Below, piece by piece: positions 41,000 to 49,693 of a stretch of 64,000 nt of DNA; positions within the stretch are counted from its first letter, which is position 1, and each line of letters begins with the position of its first letter. The DNA lies in the NCBI RefSeq assembly GCF_028368995.1, contig NZ_JAQNDL010000002.1, forward strand, positions 1,376,001-1,440,000, in the 5' to 3' direction. The stretch is from Nannocystis bainbridge. GTDB taxonomy: Bacteria; Myxococcota_A; Polyangia; Nannocystales; Nannocystaceae. Below the pieces are notes generated by a model. That model had not been told where the DNA came from. It saw only the letters and a list, made by a program, of their open reading frames with translations, and ran no database searches. A program made the translations under genes and the position numbers.

Positions 41000-41243
41000 C
41001 GGCGAGAGCCTATGCCACAAGCCCGGCATGATTGGGAGATTGGTGCTTGTCAGGTCGGGGCGGAAGGAATACACATGCGGGCGCGCAGGTAGGTCCTGCG
41101 CCGCCGCACGTGCCGCGGATCCGCGGATTGTCCCGGGTCCACACGTGGAGCCACCGCGGAGCACCGCGGAGCCCGCTCTGCAGACCGGCCGTCGCGTGCG
41201 ACCCGAGCGGCCGCGCGCGGCCGCCCCCGCGAGAGCAGCACGC

Positions 41244-42005
41244 ATGACCACGCACGAATCGAACTCCAGTCGCAGCGTGACCATCCGCGCCGAGAACCTG
41301 TCGAAGATCTACGGCGACTTCGCGGCCCTGCACAGCGTCACCTTCGAGGTACGCAAGGGCACCGTCGCCGCGTTCCTCGGCCCGAACGGCGCCGGCAAGT
41401 CGACGACGATGAAGATCCTGACGGGTTACCTCGCGCCGTCGTCCGGCAGCGCGAGGGTCCTCGGCTTCGATCCCACGCACCCCGACCAGCGCATCGAGAT
41501 GGCGCGGCGGCTCGGCTACCTGCCCGAGAACGGCCCGCTCTACGGCGACATGACGCCGCGCGAGACGCTCGAGTTCGTCGGCCGGGTCCGCGGGCTCGGC
41601 GGCGGCCTCAAGTCGGCGATCGAGCGCGTGACCGGGCAGTGTGCCATCCGCGAGGTGTTCGACAAGCCGGTCGGCAAGCTGTCGAAGGGCTTCCGTCAGC
41701 GCGTCGGCATGGCCCAGGCGCTGCTGCACGACCCCGAGGTGCTGATCCTCGACGAGCCGACCAGCGGCCTCGATCCGCTGCAGATCCGCGATGTCCGCGA
41801 GCTCATCCGCGAGCTCGGGCGGACCAAGACGATCCTGCTGTCGACGCACATCCTGCAAGAGGTCGAGGCGGTGGCCAGCGAGGTCATCGTGGTCGGCGAG
41901 GGCCGGCTGGTGTTCTCCGGCACGGTCGACGAGCTGCGGGCTGGTGGCACCGTCGAGGAGCGCTTCTACGCGCTGATGGACAAGCGGCGCAAGGAGGCCG
42001 CGTAG
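41244..42005 (+). CDS. ABC transporter ATP-binding protein (GldA-like)
   Basis: GPNGAGKST, LSKGFRQRVG, ILDEPTSGLDP, STHIL. Confidence 0.95.
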   Translation: MTTHESNSSRSVTIRAENLSKIYGDFAALHSVTFEVRKGTVAAFLGPNGAGKSTTMKILTGYLAPSSGSARVLGFDPTHPDQRIEMARRLGYLPENGPLYGDMTPRETLEFVGRVRGLGGGLKSAIERVTGQCAIREVFDKPVGKLSKGFRQRVGMAQALLHDPEVLILDEPTSGLDPLQIRDVRELIRELGRTKTILLSTHILQEVEAVASEVIVVGEGRLVFSGTVDELRAGGTVEERFYALMDKRRKEAA

Positions 42006-42007
42006 TC

Positions 42008-42874
42008 ATGGCGAATTCGTCTTCCAAGGACGTGATCCTGGGGATCGCCGGCAAGGAGCTGCGCAGCTTCCTCGGCAACCCGACGGGCTACGTGTTCCTC
42101 ACCCTGTTCATCGCCCTGTGCGCCGGCGCGGCGTTCTGGCCGCGCGAGTTCTTCGACCGCAACCTGGCGGACCTGGCGACGCTCAACCGGCAGATGCCGC
42201 TGATCCTGATGCTGTTCGTGCCGGCGATCACGATGACGCTGTGGGCCGACGAGCGGCGCGCGGGCACCGACGAGCTGCTGCTGACGCTGCCGGTGCGCGA
42301 CACCGAGGTGGTGCTCGGCAAGTTCCTCGGCGCCGTCGGGGTGCTGTCGATCGGGCTGGTGTTCAGCCTCGCCAACGTCGGCGTGCTGGCCTACCTCGGC
42401 GAGCCCGACGTCGGCCTGATGTTCTCGACGTTCCTCGGCTACTGGCTGATGGGCACCCTGTTCGTGGCGGTCGGCATGATCGGCTCGCTGCTGACGACCA
42501 ACGTCACGGTCGCGTTCGTGCTCGGGGTGCTGGCCTGCGCCGCGTTCGCGCTGGCACAGTCGGTGGCCATCGGCGGCGGCGTCATCGGCATCGCGCTGCT
42601 CGCGGGCCTGGCGTCGCTCGGCTGGCTGGTTTCGTTCGGCTCCGGCATCCACGCCGGCTACGCGGCGCTGGTCGGCGCGTTCATCGGCGTGGTGCTGTGG
42701 CTCGGCGACGTGGTGCCGGGCTTCACCGGCCTGTTCGGGGCCTTCGACGCGCCGTCGCACTTCGCCAGCTTCGGCGAGGGCGTCATCCGCCTCGGCGACG
42801 TCGTGTTCTTCATCGGCGGCACGGCCGTCGCGCTCTACCTGTGCGGTCTTCTGCTGTCTCGGAGGCACTGGTGA
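42008..42874 (+). CDS. ABC-2 permease (GldF-like)
   Basis: KELRSFL.NPTGYVF, PAITM.LWADERRAGTDELLLTLP, VLGKF; multiple TM helices. Confidence 0.9.
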   Translation: MANSSSKDVILGIAGKELRSFLGNPTGYVFLTLFIALCAGAAFWPREFFDRNLADLATLNRQMPLILMLFVPAITMTLWADERRAGTDELLLTLPVRDTEVVLGKFLGAVGVLSIGLVFSLANVGVLAYLGEPDVGLMFSTFLGYWLMGTLFVAVGMIGSLLTTNVTVAFVLGVLACAAFALAQSVAIGGGVIGIALLAGLASLGWLVSFGSGIHAGYAALVGAFIGVVLWLGDVVPGFTGLFGAFDAPSHFASFGEGVIRLGDVVFFIGGTAVALYLCGLLLSRRHW

Positions 42875-44826
42875 TGCACCCGCGCGTCCATCGTTTCATC
42901 CGCTTCGCGTCGATCGCCGTCACGGCGGTCTCGCTGACCTACATGGCCCAGCGCGCCAACGTGCGCGCCGACGTCACCGCCGAGAAGCTCAACCAGGTCA
43001 CCCCGGCCACCCGCGATCTCATCGACGCGGTCACGCCCGAGCGGCCGGTGGCGATCCACGCGTTCGTGTCGCGCGAGGTCCCGCGCGACTACGTGACGGT
43101 GCGCGCGCGCCTGCTGTCGGTGCTGCGCGAAATGGAGGCCCGCGGCACGGCCGGCCTGACGGTCCGCATCGTCGAGCCGTCGTCGTTCTCCGACGAGGCG
43201 GTCGAGGCCGAGGAGAAGTACGGCATCCGCCCGCAGGTGGTGGCCAACCGCGACGGCGACCGCGTGCAGGAGATGCAGGTGTTCCTCGGCGTGGCCGTGA
43301 CGAGCGGGCCGCACGAGCAGACCATCCCGTTCATCGATCGCGGCATGTCGCCCGAGTACGAGCTGGTCCGGGCGCTGCGCACGGTCTCGCAGGAGAAGAA
43401 GAAGGTGGTCGGGGTGCTGCGCACCGACGCGACCATCATGGGCAACTTCGACCTGCAGGCGCGCAAGCAGCAGCCGGCCTGGCGCGTCATCGCCGAGCTG
43501 AAGAAGCAGTACGAGGTCCGCAGCCTCAACCCCGGCGCCGAGATCCCGAAGGACGTCGACGTCCTGCTGGTGCCGCAGATGAGCAGCATGACCGCGCCGC
43601 AGCTCGAGCACCTCAAGAAGTACGTCGACGAGGGCCGCCCGGCGCTGCTGACCGTCGACCCGATGCCGCTGTTCGACATGCGGCTGTCGCCGAGCGAGCC
43701 GATGCTGCCGCCCCCGGGCCAGAACCAGGGGATGATGTTCGGCATGCAGGACCAGGGCGGGGAGCCGAAGGGCGACTACCTCGGGTTCCTCGAGAAGCTC
43801 GGCGTGACGTGGGAGTCGGACAAGATCGTGTTCGACAGCGACAACCCGCACCCGCGGTTCGCCGGCAGCCCGCCGCAGGTGGTGTTCGTGACCGAGCGGC
43901 CCGACGGCACCAAGCCGTTCAATGGCCAGGATCCGGTGGTCTCCGGCATCAACGAGGTCGTGGTCCTGTTCGGCGGCGCGATCAAGCCGGCGGCCGGGTT
44001 CGAGGCCCAGTTCGTGCCGCTGCTGCAGACGGGCACGCGCGGCGGCTTCAACAAGTTCGAGGAGATGACCGAGCGGCACATGCTGTTCGGGCTCCAGGGG
44101 CCGATCCTGCCGCGTCAGCGCAAGATCTCGGGCGTCAACGAGGTCATCGCGGCCCACGTCACCGGCGGCGAGAGCTCGGGCGAGGGCAAGGGCAAGAACG
44201 TGATCGTGGTCGCCGACCTCGACATCTTCGGCGACCAGTTCTTCGTGCTCAACGAGCGCGGCGGCGACCTCGACGGCGACGGCATCGACGACCTGCGGTT
44301 CGACAACGTCACGTTCCTGCTCAACGCGATCGACTCGCTGACCGGCGACGCCGGCCTCGTCGAGCTGCGCGGGCGCAAGGCGCAGTACCGCCGCATGACG
44401 AAGATGGACGCGCTGACGAAGGAGGCCGACGACAAGCGCAACGCCGAGATCGAGGCCGCCAACGCCAAGGCCGAGATCGAGCTCAAGGGCGCCCAGGAGG
44501 CCCTCGACGCCGCGGTCAAGAAGATCCAGGACGACGCCTCCCTCGACGAGACGACCAAGGCCGTCCTGCTCAAGAGCCGCGAGGAGGCCGAGAACCGGCG
44601 CCTGGCGGCCAAGCGCGAGACGATCGAGCGCGACAAGGCGCGCGCGCTCAAGGCCACCGAGAACGAGCGCGACAAGGCGGTCGAGTCGGTGCGCGCGAAG
44701 GTCCGCCTGATCGCCAGCACGACGCCGCTGCTGCTCCCGATCCTGCTCGGCTTCGGCGTCTGGATGCGCAAGCGCGGCCGCGAGGCCGATTCGATCCCGA
44801 GCTCCCGCAAGCGAGGTGCCGCATGA
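42874..44826 (+). CDS. GldG-like ABC auxiliary protein
   Basis: RADVTAEK, EYELVRAL, IP.DVDVLL, NVTFLLNAIDSL; C-terminal coiled coil and TM; TGATG coupling. Confidence 0.88.
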   Translation: MHPRVHRFIRFASIAVTAVSLTYMAQRANVRADVTAEKLNQVTPATRDLIDAVTPERPVAIHAFVSREVPRDYVTVRARLLSVLREMEARGTAGLTVRIVEPSSFSDEAVEAEEKYGIRPQVVANRDGDRVQEMQVFLGVAVTSGPHEQTIPFIDRGMSPEYELVRALRTVSQEKKKVVGVLRTDATIMGNFDLQARKQQPAWRVIAELKKQYEVRSLNPGAEIPKDVDVLLVPQMSSMTAPQLEHLKKYVDEGRPALLTVDPMPLFDMRLSPSEPMLPPPGQNQGMMFGMQDQGGEPKGDYLGFLEKLGVTWESDKIVFDSDNPHPRFAGSPPQVVFVTERPDGTKPFNGQDPVVSGINEVVVLFGGAIKPAAGFEAQFVPLLQTGTRGGFNKFEEMTERHMLFGLQGPILPRQRKISGVNEVIAAHVTGGESSGEGKGKNVIVVADLDIFGDQFFVLNERGGDLDGDGIDDLRFDNVTFLLNAIDSLTGDAGLVELRGRKAQYRRMTKMDALTKEADDKRNAEIEAANAKAEIELKGAQEALDAAVKKIQDDASLDETTKAVLLKSREEAENRRLAAKRETIERDKARALKATENERDKAVESVRAKVRLIASTTPLLLPILLGFGVWMRKRGREADSIPSSRKRGAA

Positions 44827-46148
44827 ACCGCACGACCATCCTGACCGCCGTCGTCGCGCTCGCCAGCCTCGGCGGCGCCCTGGCGATGCGCCCGGGACCT
44901 GCCCCGCAGGTCAGCTACGAAGACACCGGCCAGCCGCTGTTCCCGAGCTTCACCGATCCGTCGCAGGCCGCGAGCCTCGAGGTGATCGGCTGGGACGAGA
45001 CGGGGGCCCGCAACACGTCGTTCAAGGTCGAGCTCAAGGACGGTCGCTGGACCATCCCGAGTCACAACGACTACCCGGCCGACGGCACCGAGCGCATGGG
45101 CAAGGCGGCGGCGTCCTTCATCGACGTGAAGAAGGACATCTACCGCGGCGACCGGCCCGAGGATCAGTCGAGCTTCGGCCTCGACGATCCGACCGACGCC
45201 AACGCCAAGGAGCGCGGGCAGCGGATCACGATCAAGGACGCGTCCGGCACGGTGCTTTCCGACGTCATCGTCGGCAAGAAGGTCGAGGACAAGGAGGGCT
45301 ACCGCTACGTCCGCCTGCCCGACCAGAAGCGCGTGTACGCGGTCAAGATCGACGTCGACATCTCGACCAACTTCACCGACTGGATCGAGAAGGACCTGCT
45401 GCTGATCGAGCAGGACCAGGTCGTGTCGTTCATGAGCGACACGTACAAGGTCGACGAGAGCCAGGGCAAGGTCACCGGCAGCGACCCGCTGCTGGTCAAG
45501 AAGGACGCGGCCGATCCGGAGGGCTCGTGGCTGCTGGGCGAGGGCTCGACGGCGATCGCCGGCAAGGAGCTCGACCCGTTCAAGGTCAAGCAGGCGATCA
45601 GCGGCCTCGACCGCCTGCAGATCGTCGGCGTGCGCCCGCGGCCGGAGATGCTGACGTTGCAGGCGCTGCAGTCGAAGGGCTTCTTCGTCACGCGCGACGG
45701 CTCGCGCCTCTACGGCAACGAGGGCGAGGTCAAGGCCATCTGCGACGACGGCGTGGTCTACAGCCTCTACTTCGGCGAGGTGACGTACGACTCGGGCCTG
45801 GCGCTGACGGCCGGGCAGGAGGGCGCGGAGGCAGCGGCGCCCAAGCCCGAGGACGAGGCGGCGGCCAAGAAGGACGCCAACCGCTACATGTTCGTCGACG
45901 TGTTCTACGACCCGACGCTCGACGCCCAGGCGACCGCGGGGGCGAACCCCGACGACGCGCCGGGGGCGAAGCGGGCCAAGCAGCTGTCGGCGCGCTTCGG
46001 CAAGTGGTTCTATGTGATCTCCGACGCGAGCTTCAAACAGATCCGCAAGCCCAAGGTCGAGTTCTTCAAGGACGCGCCGGCCGGCAGCGGCGCGGCGCCG
46101 GCGAGCCCCGCGGCGCCGGCGAAAAAGCCGGCAGCGCCGAACAAGTAG
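44823..46148 (+). CDS. DUF4340-like membrane-anchored protein
   Basis: N-terminal TM; W.I...DYPAD, FGLDDP, RYVR....VY motifs; typical fourth gene of Gld-type ABC operons. Confidence 0.8.
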   Translation: MNRTTILTAVVALASLGGALAMRPGPAPQVSYEDTGQPLFPSFTDPSQAASLEVIGWDETGARNTSFKVELKDGRWTIPSHNDYPADGTERMGKAAASFIDVKKDIYRGDRPEDQSSFGLDDPTDANAKERGQRITIKDASGTVLSDVIVGKKVEDKEGYRYVRLPDQKRVYAVKIDVDISTNFTDWIEKDLLLIEQDQVVSFMSDTYKVDESQGKVTGSDPLLVKKDAADPEGSWLLGEGSTAIAGKELDPFKVKQAISGLDRLQIVGVRPRPEMLTLQALQSKGFFVTRDGSRLYGNEGEVKAICDDGVVYSLYFGEVTYDSGLALTAGQEGAEAAAPKPEDEAAAKKDANRYMFVDVFYDPTLDAQATAGANPDDAPGAKRAKQLSARFGKWFYVISDASFKQIRKPKVEFFKDAPAGSGAAPASPAAPAKKPAAPNK

Positions 46149-46336
46149 TCCGCCCCGAGTCGGCGGAACGCGAGTTCGCGGCCGAAGAAAACGGCCGCAA
46201 GCGGCCTCAGACAGCCCGGCGGCGCCTGCCCCCGGGCTGTGTGCATTTGCGCGCCGGGCGCCCGGGCCGGCGCAGTGAGGTGGTCTGGATCGGTTGTCAT
46301 CGCCGGCCGGCGCGGGCATAAGTCGCATGGCGACGC

Positions 46337-48484
46337 ATGGGTAGCGAAGCTGAAGAGGAGCCCTCCAGACCTCGCCTCTCCTGGCGCGAGGGCTTCTATC
46401 TCGTCGGTCCGCAGCCGCTCAGCACGCCTTACTTCGTGTCGGGCTTCCTGCTGGCGGCGGGCGTCGGCTACGCGACGCCGGTGGTGCAGGTCGGCCTCTA
46501 CGTGCTGCTGCTGCTGCTCGCGCCGCTGTACATCGAGGCGGTGCTGCTGACGCTGTCGAACGGCGGCACGTACATGATGACCCGCTACGCGCTCGGCCAC
46601 CTCGGCAAGCTGGCCGTGGCGGCGTCGGCGTTCGTCGGCGTGATCATCTCGATCTCGTACGCGGTGTCGACCCTGGCGTGTCTGCTGGCCTACGGGGCCC
46701 ACATCACGGCGCTCAGCCAGGTGGTCCTCGGGACAGGTACGATCGGCGTGGTCGGGCTGTCGGCGCTGCCGGCGATCGGCTTCGGGATCTGGGTCACGCC
46801 GGGAGAGTGGCGCTACGTGGCGCTGCGTCAGAGCCTCATCGCCTTCGCCGCGCTGCTGTTCTCCGCGGTGGTGCCGGATCCGATCGTCGCCACCTTCGCG
46901 CCGATCGGGCTGCTCCTGCGCCTCAACAACCTCGGGCTCAAGCCGAGCGTGCGGGTGTCGAAGGCGATCTTCCTCGTCAACCTGATCATCATCGGCGCGA
47001 CGATCGTGGCCGGCTACGTGTGCCTGGCGCTGCAGGGGTTCGACGCGACGGCGGTGTGGTCGGGCTACGGCCAGGCGGCGCCGGCGGTGCCGCTCGACGC
47101 GACGTTCGACATCGGCATCATCCCCGGGCTGGCGATGCTTTCGGCGCCGATCCTGCTGGCGGGGGTCGGCAACGGGGTGCTGAGCGCGACCGGGGTCGAG
47201 ACGGTGATGAACATCCCGGAGGAGCTCGAGAACCCGCAGCGCGACGTGCCGAAGATCTACTGGGCGATGCTGCTGACGCTGCTGGTCGTCGGCGGGTCGC
47301 TGGCGCTGCAGGTGTTTTTGCTGCTGCCGCCCGAGGTGCTGTTATCGCGCAGCGGCGACCTGGTCGGCGCGCTGGGCTACCACGTCGGCTTCTCGCTGAC
47401 GGGGGTGTCGGGCGTCGGTGGGGCGTGGCAGGCGGCGCTGGTGGCGAGCGCGGCGCTGATGCTGATCGGGGCGGTCAACGCCGGGTTCGCCGGGTCGCGC
47501 GGGCTGTGGCTGGCGATGACGCGCGACAACCTGCTGCCGCGCGCGCTCATCACTCCCAACTGGCGCGGGGCGCTGGCGCGGCTGCACTGGCTGCTGCTGG
47601 CCGGCGCGGCGCTGCTCGGCTCGCAGTCGGACTGGAACCCGCTGTCGCTCGATCGCTGGCACAAGGCGATGTTCGGCCTGGTGATGTTCTCGGGGATGGC
47701 GGCGTTCATCCTCCTGCGCAAGTTCAAGGGCGAGGAGCGGCGGGTCTACACCGCGCCGTGGAACATCTCGGTGCTCGGCACGCGCGTGCCGGTGGCGGCG
47801 TTCCTCGGGGTGTCGGCGCTGAGCTACGCGCTGCTGAGCCTGTGGGCCGCCAGCAGCTCGCACCTCGAGGAGCTGCGCACGCTGGTGTGGGTGGTGCTGG
47901 TGCTGGTCGGGTCGGTGGTGCTGGTCTATAACCACCGGCCGCTGATCCGCGGCGGCTACCGCTACGTCCGCCGGGTGCTCGAGACGGTCGAGTCGACGGT
48001 GATCGACCCGCAGCAGCGCACGGTGGTGGTCGCCGTCGGCGGGGTCCGGGTCGGCCGCCTGGTGTCCAAGGCGATCGATCTGGCGCACCAGCAGAGCCGC
48101 ACGACCGGGATCCCGTACCGCCAGGTGGTCGTGTTCCACATGACCAAGGGCGTGCGCAGCGAGTTCGTCTACCGCATCACCCAGGACTCGATCCGCCCCG
48201 AGGGCATCGAGGGCGGCACGGTCCGGATCTTCACGGAGCTGACCGAGATCGCGCCGAAGGACCTCGACCTGTACCTGGCCCTGGTGCCGCACAAGCAGAC
48301 GCCCGCGCACAAGAGCGTGCTACACGCGGCGTTCGACGCGCTGGTCCGCTTCCACGAGGCCCACAGCTTCAAGGGCCACATGACGATGATCGGGACCTAC
48401 GGGGTGCGGCCGGCCGACATCGAGGAGCTGCAGACGCGGCTCAAAGACACGACGCTGGTGCCGGTGCCGCTGTTCGACGACTGA
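46337..48484 (+). CDS. APC-superfamily amino acid permease with cytoplasmic C-terminal domain
   Basis: NGGTY, TGVETVMN..EEL.NP motifs; many TM helices; C-terminal USP-like beta-alpha domain. Confidence 0.8.
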   Translation: MGSEAEEEPSRPRLSWREGFYLVGPQPLSTPYFVSGFLLAAGVGYATPVVQVGLYVLLLLLAPLYIEAVLLTLSNGGTYMMTRYALGHLGKLAVAASAFVGVIISISYAVSTLACLLAYGAHITALSQVVLGTGTIGVVGLSALPAIGFGIWVTPGEWRYVALRQSLIAFAALLFSAVVPDPIVATFAPIGLLLRLNNLGLKPSVRVSKAIFLVNLIIIGATIVAGYVCLALQGFDATAVWSGYGQAAPAVPLDATFDIGIIPGLAMLSAPILLAGVGNGVLSATGVETVMNIPEELENPQRDVPKIYWAMLLTLLVVGGSLALQVFLLLPPEVLLSRSGDLVGALGYHVGFSLTGVSGVGGAWQAALVASAALMLIGAVNAGFAGSRGLWLAMTRDNLLPRALITPNWRGALARLHWLLLAGAALLGSQSDWNPLSLDRWHKAMFGLVMFSGMAAFILLRKFKGEERRVYTAPWNISVLGTRVPVAAFLGVSALSYALLSLWAASSSHLEELRTLVWVVLVLVGSVVLVYNHRPLIRGGYRYVRRVLETVESTVIDPQQRTVVVAVGGVRVGRLVSKAIDLAHQQSRTTGIPYRQVVVFHMTKGVRSEFVYRITQDSIRPEGIEGGTVRIFTELTEIAPKDLDLYLALVPHKQTPAHKSVLHAAFDALVRFHEAHSFKGHMTMIGTYGVRPADIEELQTRLKDTTLVPVPLFDD

Positions 48485-48486
48485 GT

Positions 48487-48564
48487 CGGATGGTCGTTCG
48501 GACATGCCCGAGAGGGCATGTTCGAAGGGGCATGTCCGCACGGACATGCCCGCAAGGACACGCC
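48487..48564. repeat. 14-bp-period palindrome array (5-6 units) filling a convergent intergenic gap
   Basis: Cores at (48487), 48501, 48515, 48529, 48543, 48557. Confidence 0.88.
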
Positions 48565-48566
48565 GA

Positions 48567-49676
48567 TCAGCGGGCGTTGGCGGCGTCGAAGAGCGGGTCG
48601 AGCTCGACGGGCGGGCCGGTGTCGGGGACGGCCATGTGGACCACGGCCTCGCCCTCGTAGCAGAGGACGCCGTGGGGCAGGGCGAGGATCCAGCCGTCAT
48701 CCTCGGCCCGCACGTCGCCGCCGGCGGGCAGCGGGCGCCCGTGGATGTCGCTCAGGGTGGCGAGGCGGTCGCCGACGCGCACGAGGTCGCCGGGCTCGAC
48801 GTGGTAGTGGACGATGCCGGTGGCGCGGGCGCGGGGCACGAGCGCGCGCATGGCCGGGAACGCGACCCGCGGGATCGGGATGCCGACGAGCGGCTCGATC
48901 GCGCCAGGCAACATGCCGGCGCCGCGCAGGACGTTGAGGCAGGCGCCGATGCCGGCCTGACGCGCGGCAGGATCGACGGCGCCGGTGAGGCCGAGCTCGA
49001 CGGTGATCGCAGGGATGCCCGCCTGCAGCAGGGCGGTGCCGCTGACTGAACGATGAAGCCGCGCCTGCAGGTAGCGGTCGCTCGGAATCTCGCCGACGAC
49101 CGGCAGGCCGCTCCAGGCGCACAGGGCGTCGAGCCGCTCGGCGAGCTCGCGCGCGGCCGGCAGCTCCTCGGGGCGGCGGTAGAGGACGCGATCGCGGATG
49201 ATGAAGCAGCAGGCGCGCAGGCCGTAGCAGTGCAGGTCGACCAGGAAATCGGCGTGGCGCACCTCGGCGAACAGGCGCGCGTAGCCGGCCTCGAGCACGG
49301 CCGGGTGATCGCTGCCCTGGCCGGGCTCGGGCGGGAAGTCGGGGAACAGGCGGTTGGGGTCGCGCCGGTCGAGGTAGGAGACGCGCTGGCGAGCGTGCAG
49401 GCCGGCGGGGTTGAGGCTGGGGACGGCGACGAGGGTGCCGCGCAGCTTGTCGGCGAGGTCGAGCTCGAGCAGGCCGTGCACGACGGACAGGCCGGTGACC
49501 TCGTCGCCGTGGATGTTGGCGGTGATCCACACGGTCGGTCCGGGCTCGCGGCCCTGGACGAGGACGATGGGGAGCCGCTCGAGGTGGCCAGTCGGCAAAG
49601 TGGCGAGCTCGAACCAACCGTGCGCGAGCTCGCCAGGGACGGCGACGACGTCGCCGAGCGCGAAGGGGGCCGTCAT
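48567..49676 (-). CDS. Succinylglutamate desuccinylase/aspartoacylase (M14) family protein
   Basis: HGDE, NP, DPNRLFP, DLH, TVELG. Confidence 0.9.
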   Translation of the reverse strand: MTAPFALGDVVAVPGELAHGWFELATLPTGHLERLPIVLVQGREPGPTVWITANIHGDEVTGLSVVHGLLELDLADKLRGTLVAVPSLNPAGLHARQRVSYLDRRDPNRLFPDFPPEPGQGSDHPAVLEAGYARLFAEVRHADFLVDLHCYGLRACCFIIRDRVLYRRPEELPAARELAERLDALCAWSGLPVVGEIPSDRYLQARLHRSVSGTALLQAGIPAITVELGLTGAVDPAARQAGIGACLNVLRGAGMLPGAIEPLVGIPIPRVAFPAMRALVPRARATGIVHYHVEPGDLVRVGDRLATLSDIHGRPLPAGGDVRAEDDGWILALPHGVLCYEGEAVVHMAVPDTGPPVELDPLFDAANAR

Positions 49677-49693
49677 GCGGATAAGAGTGTGCC

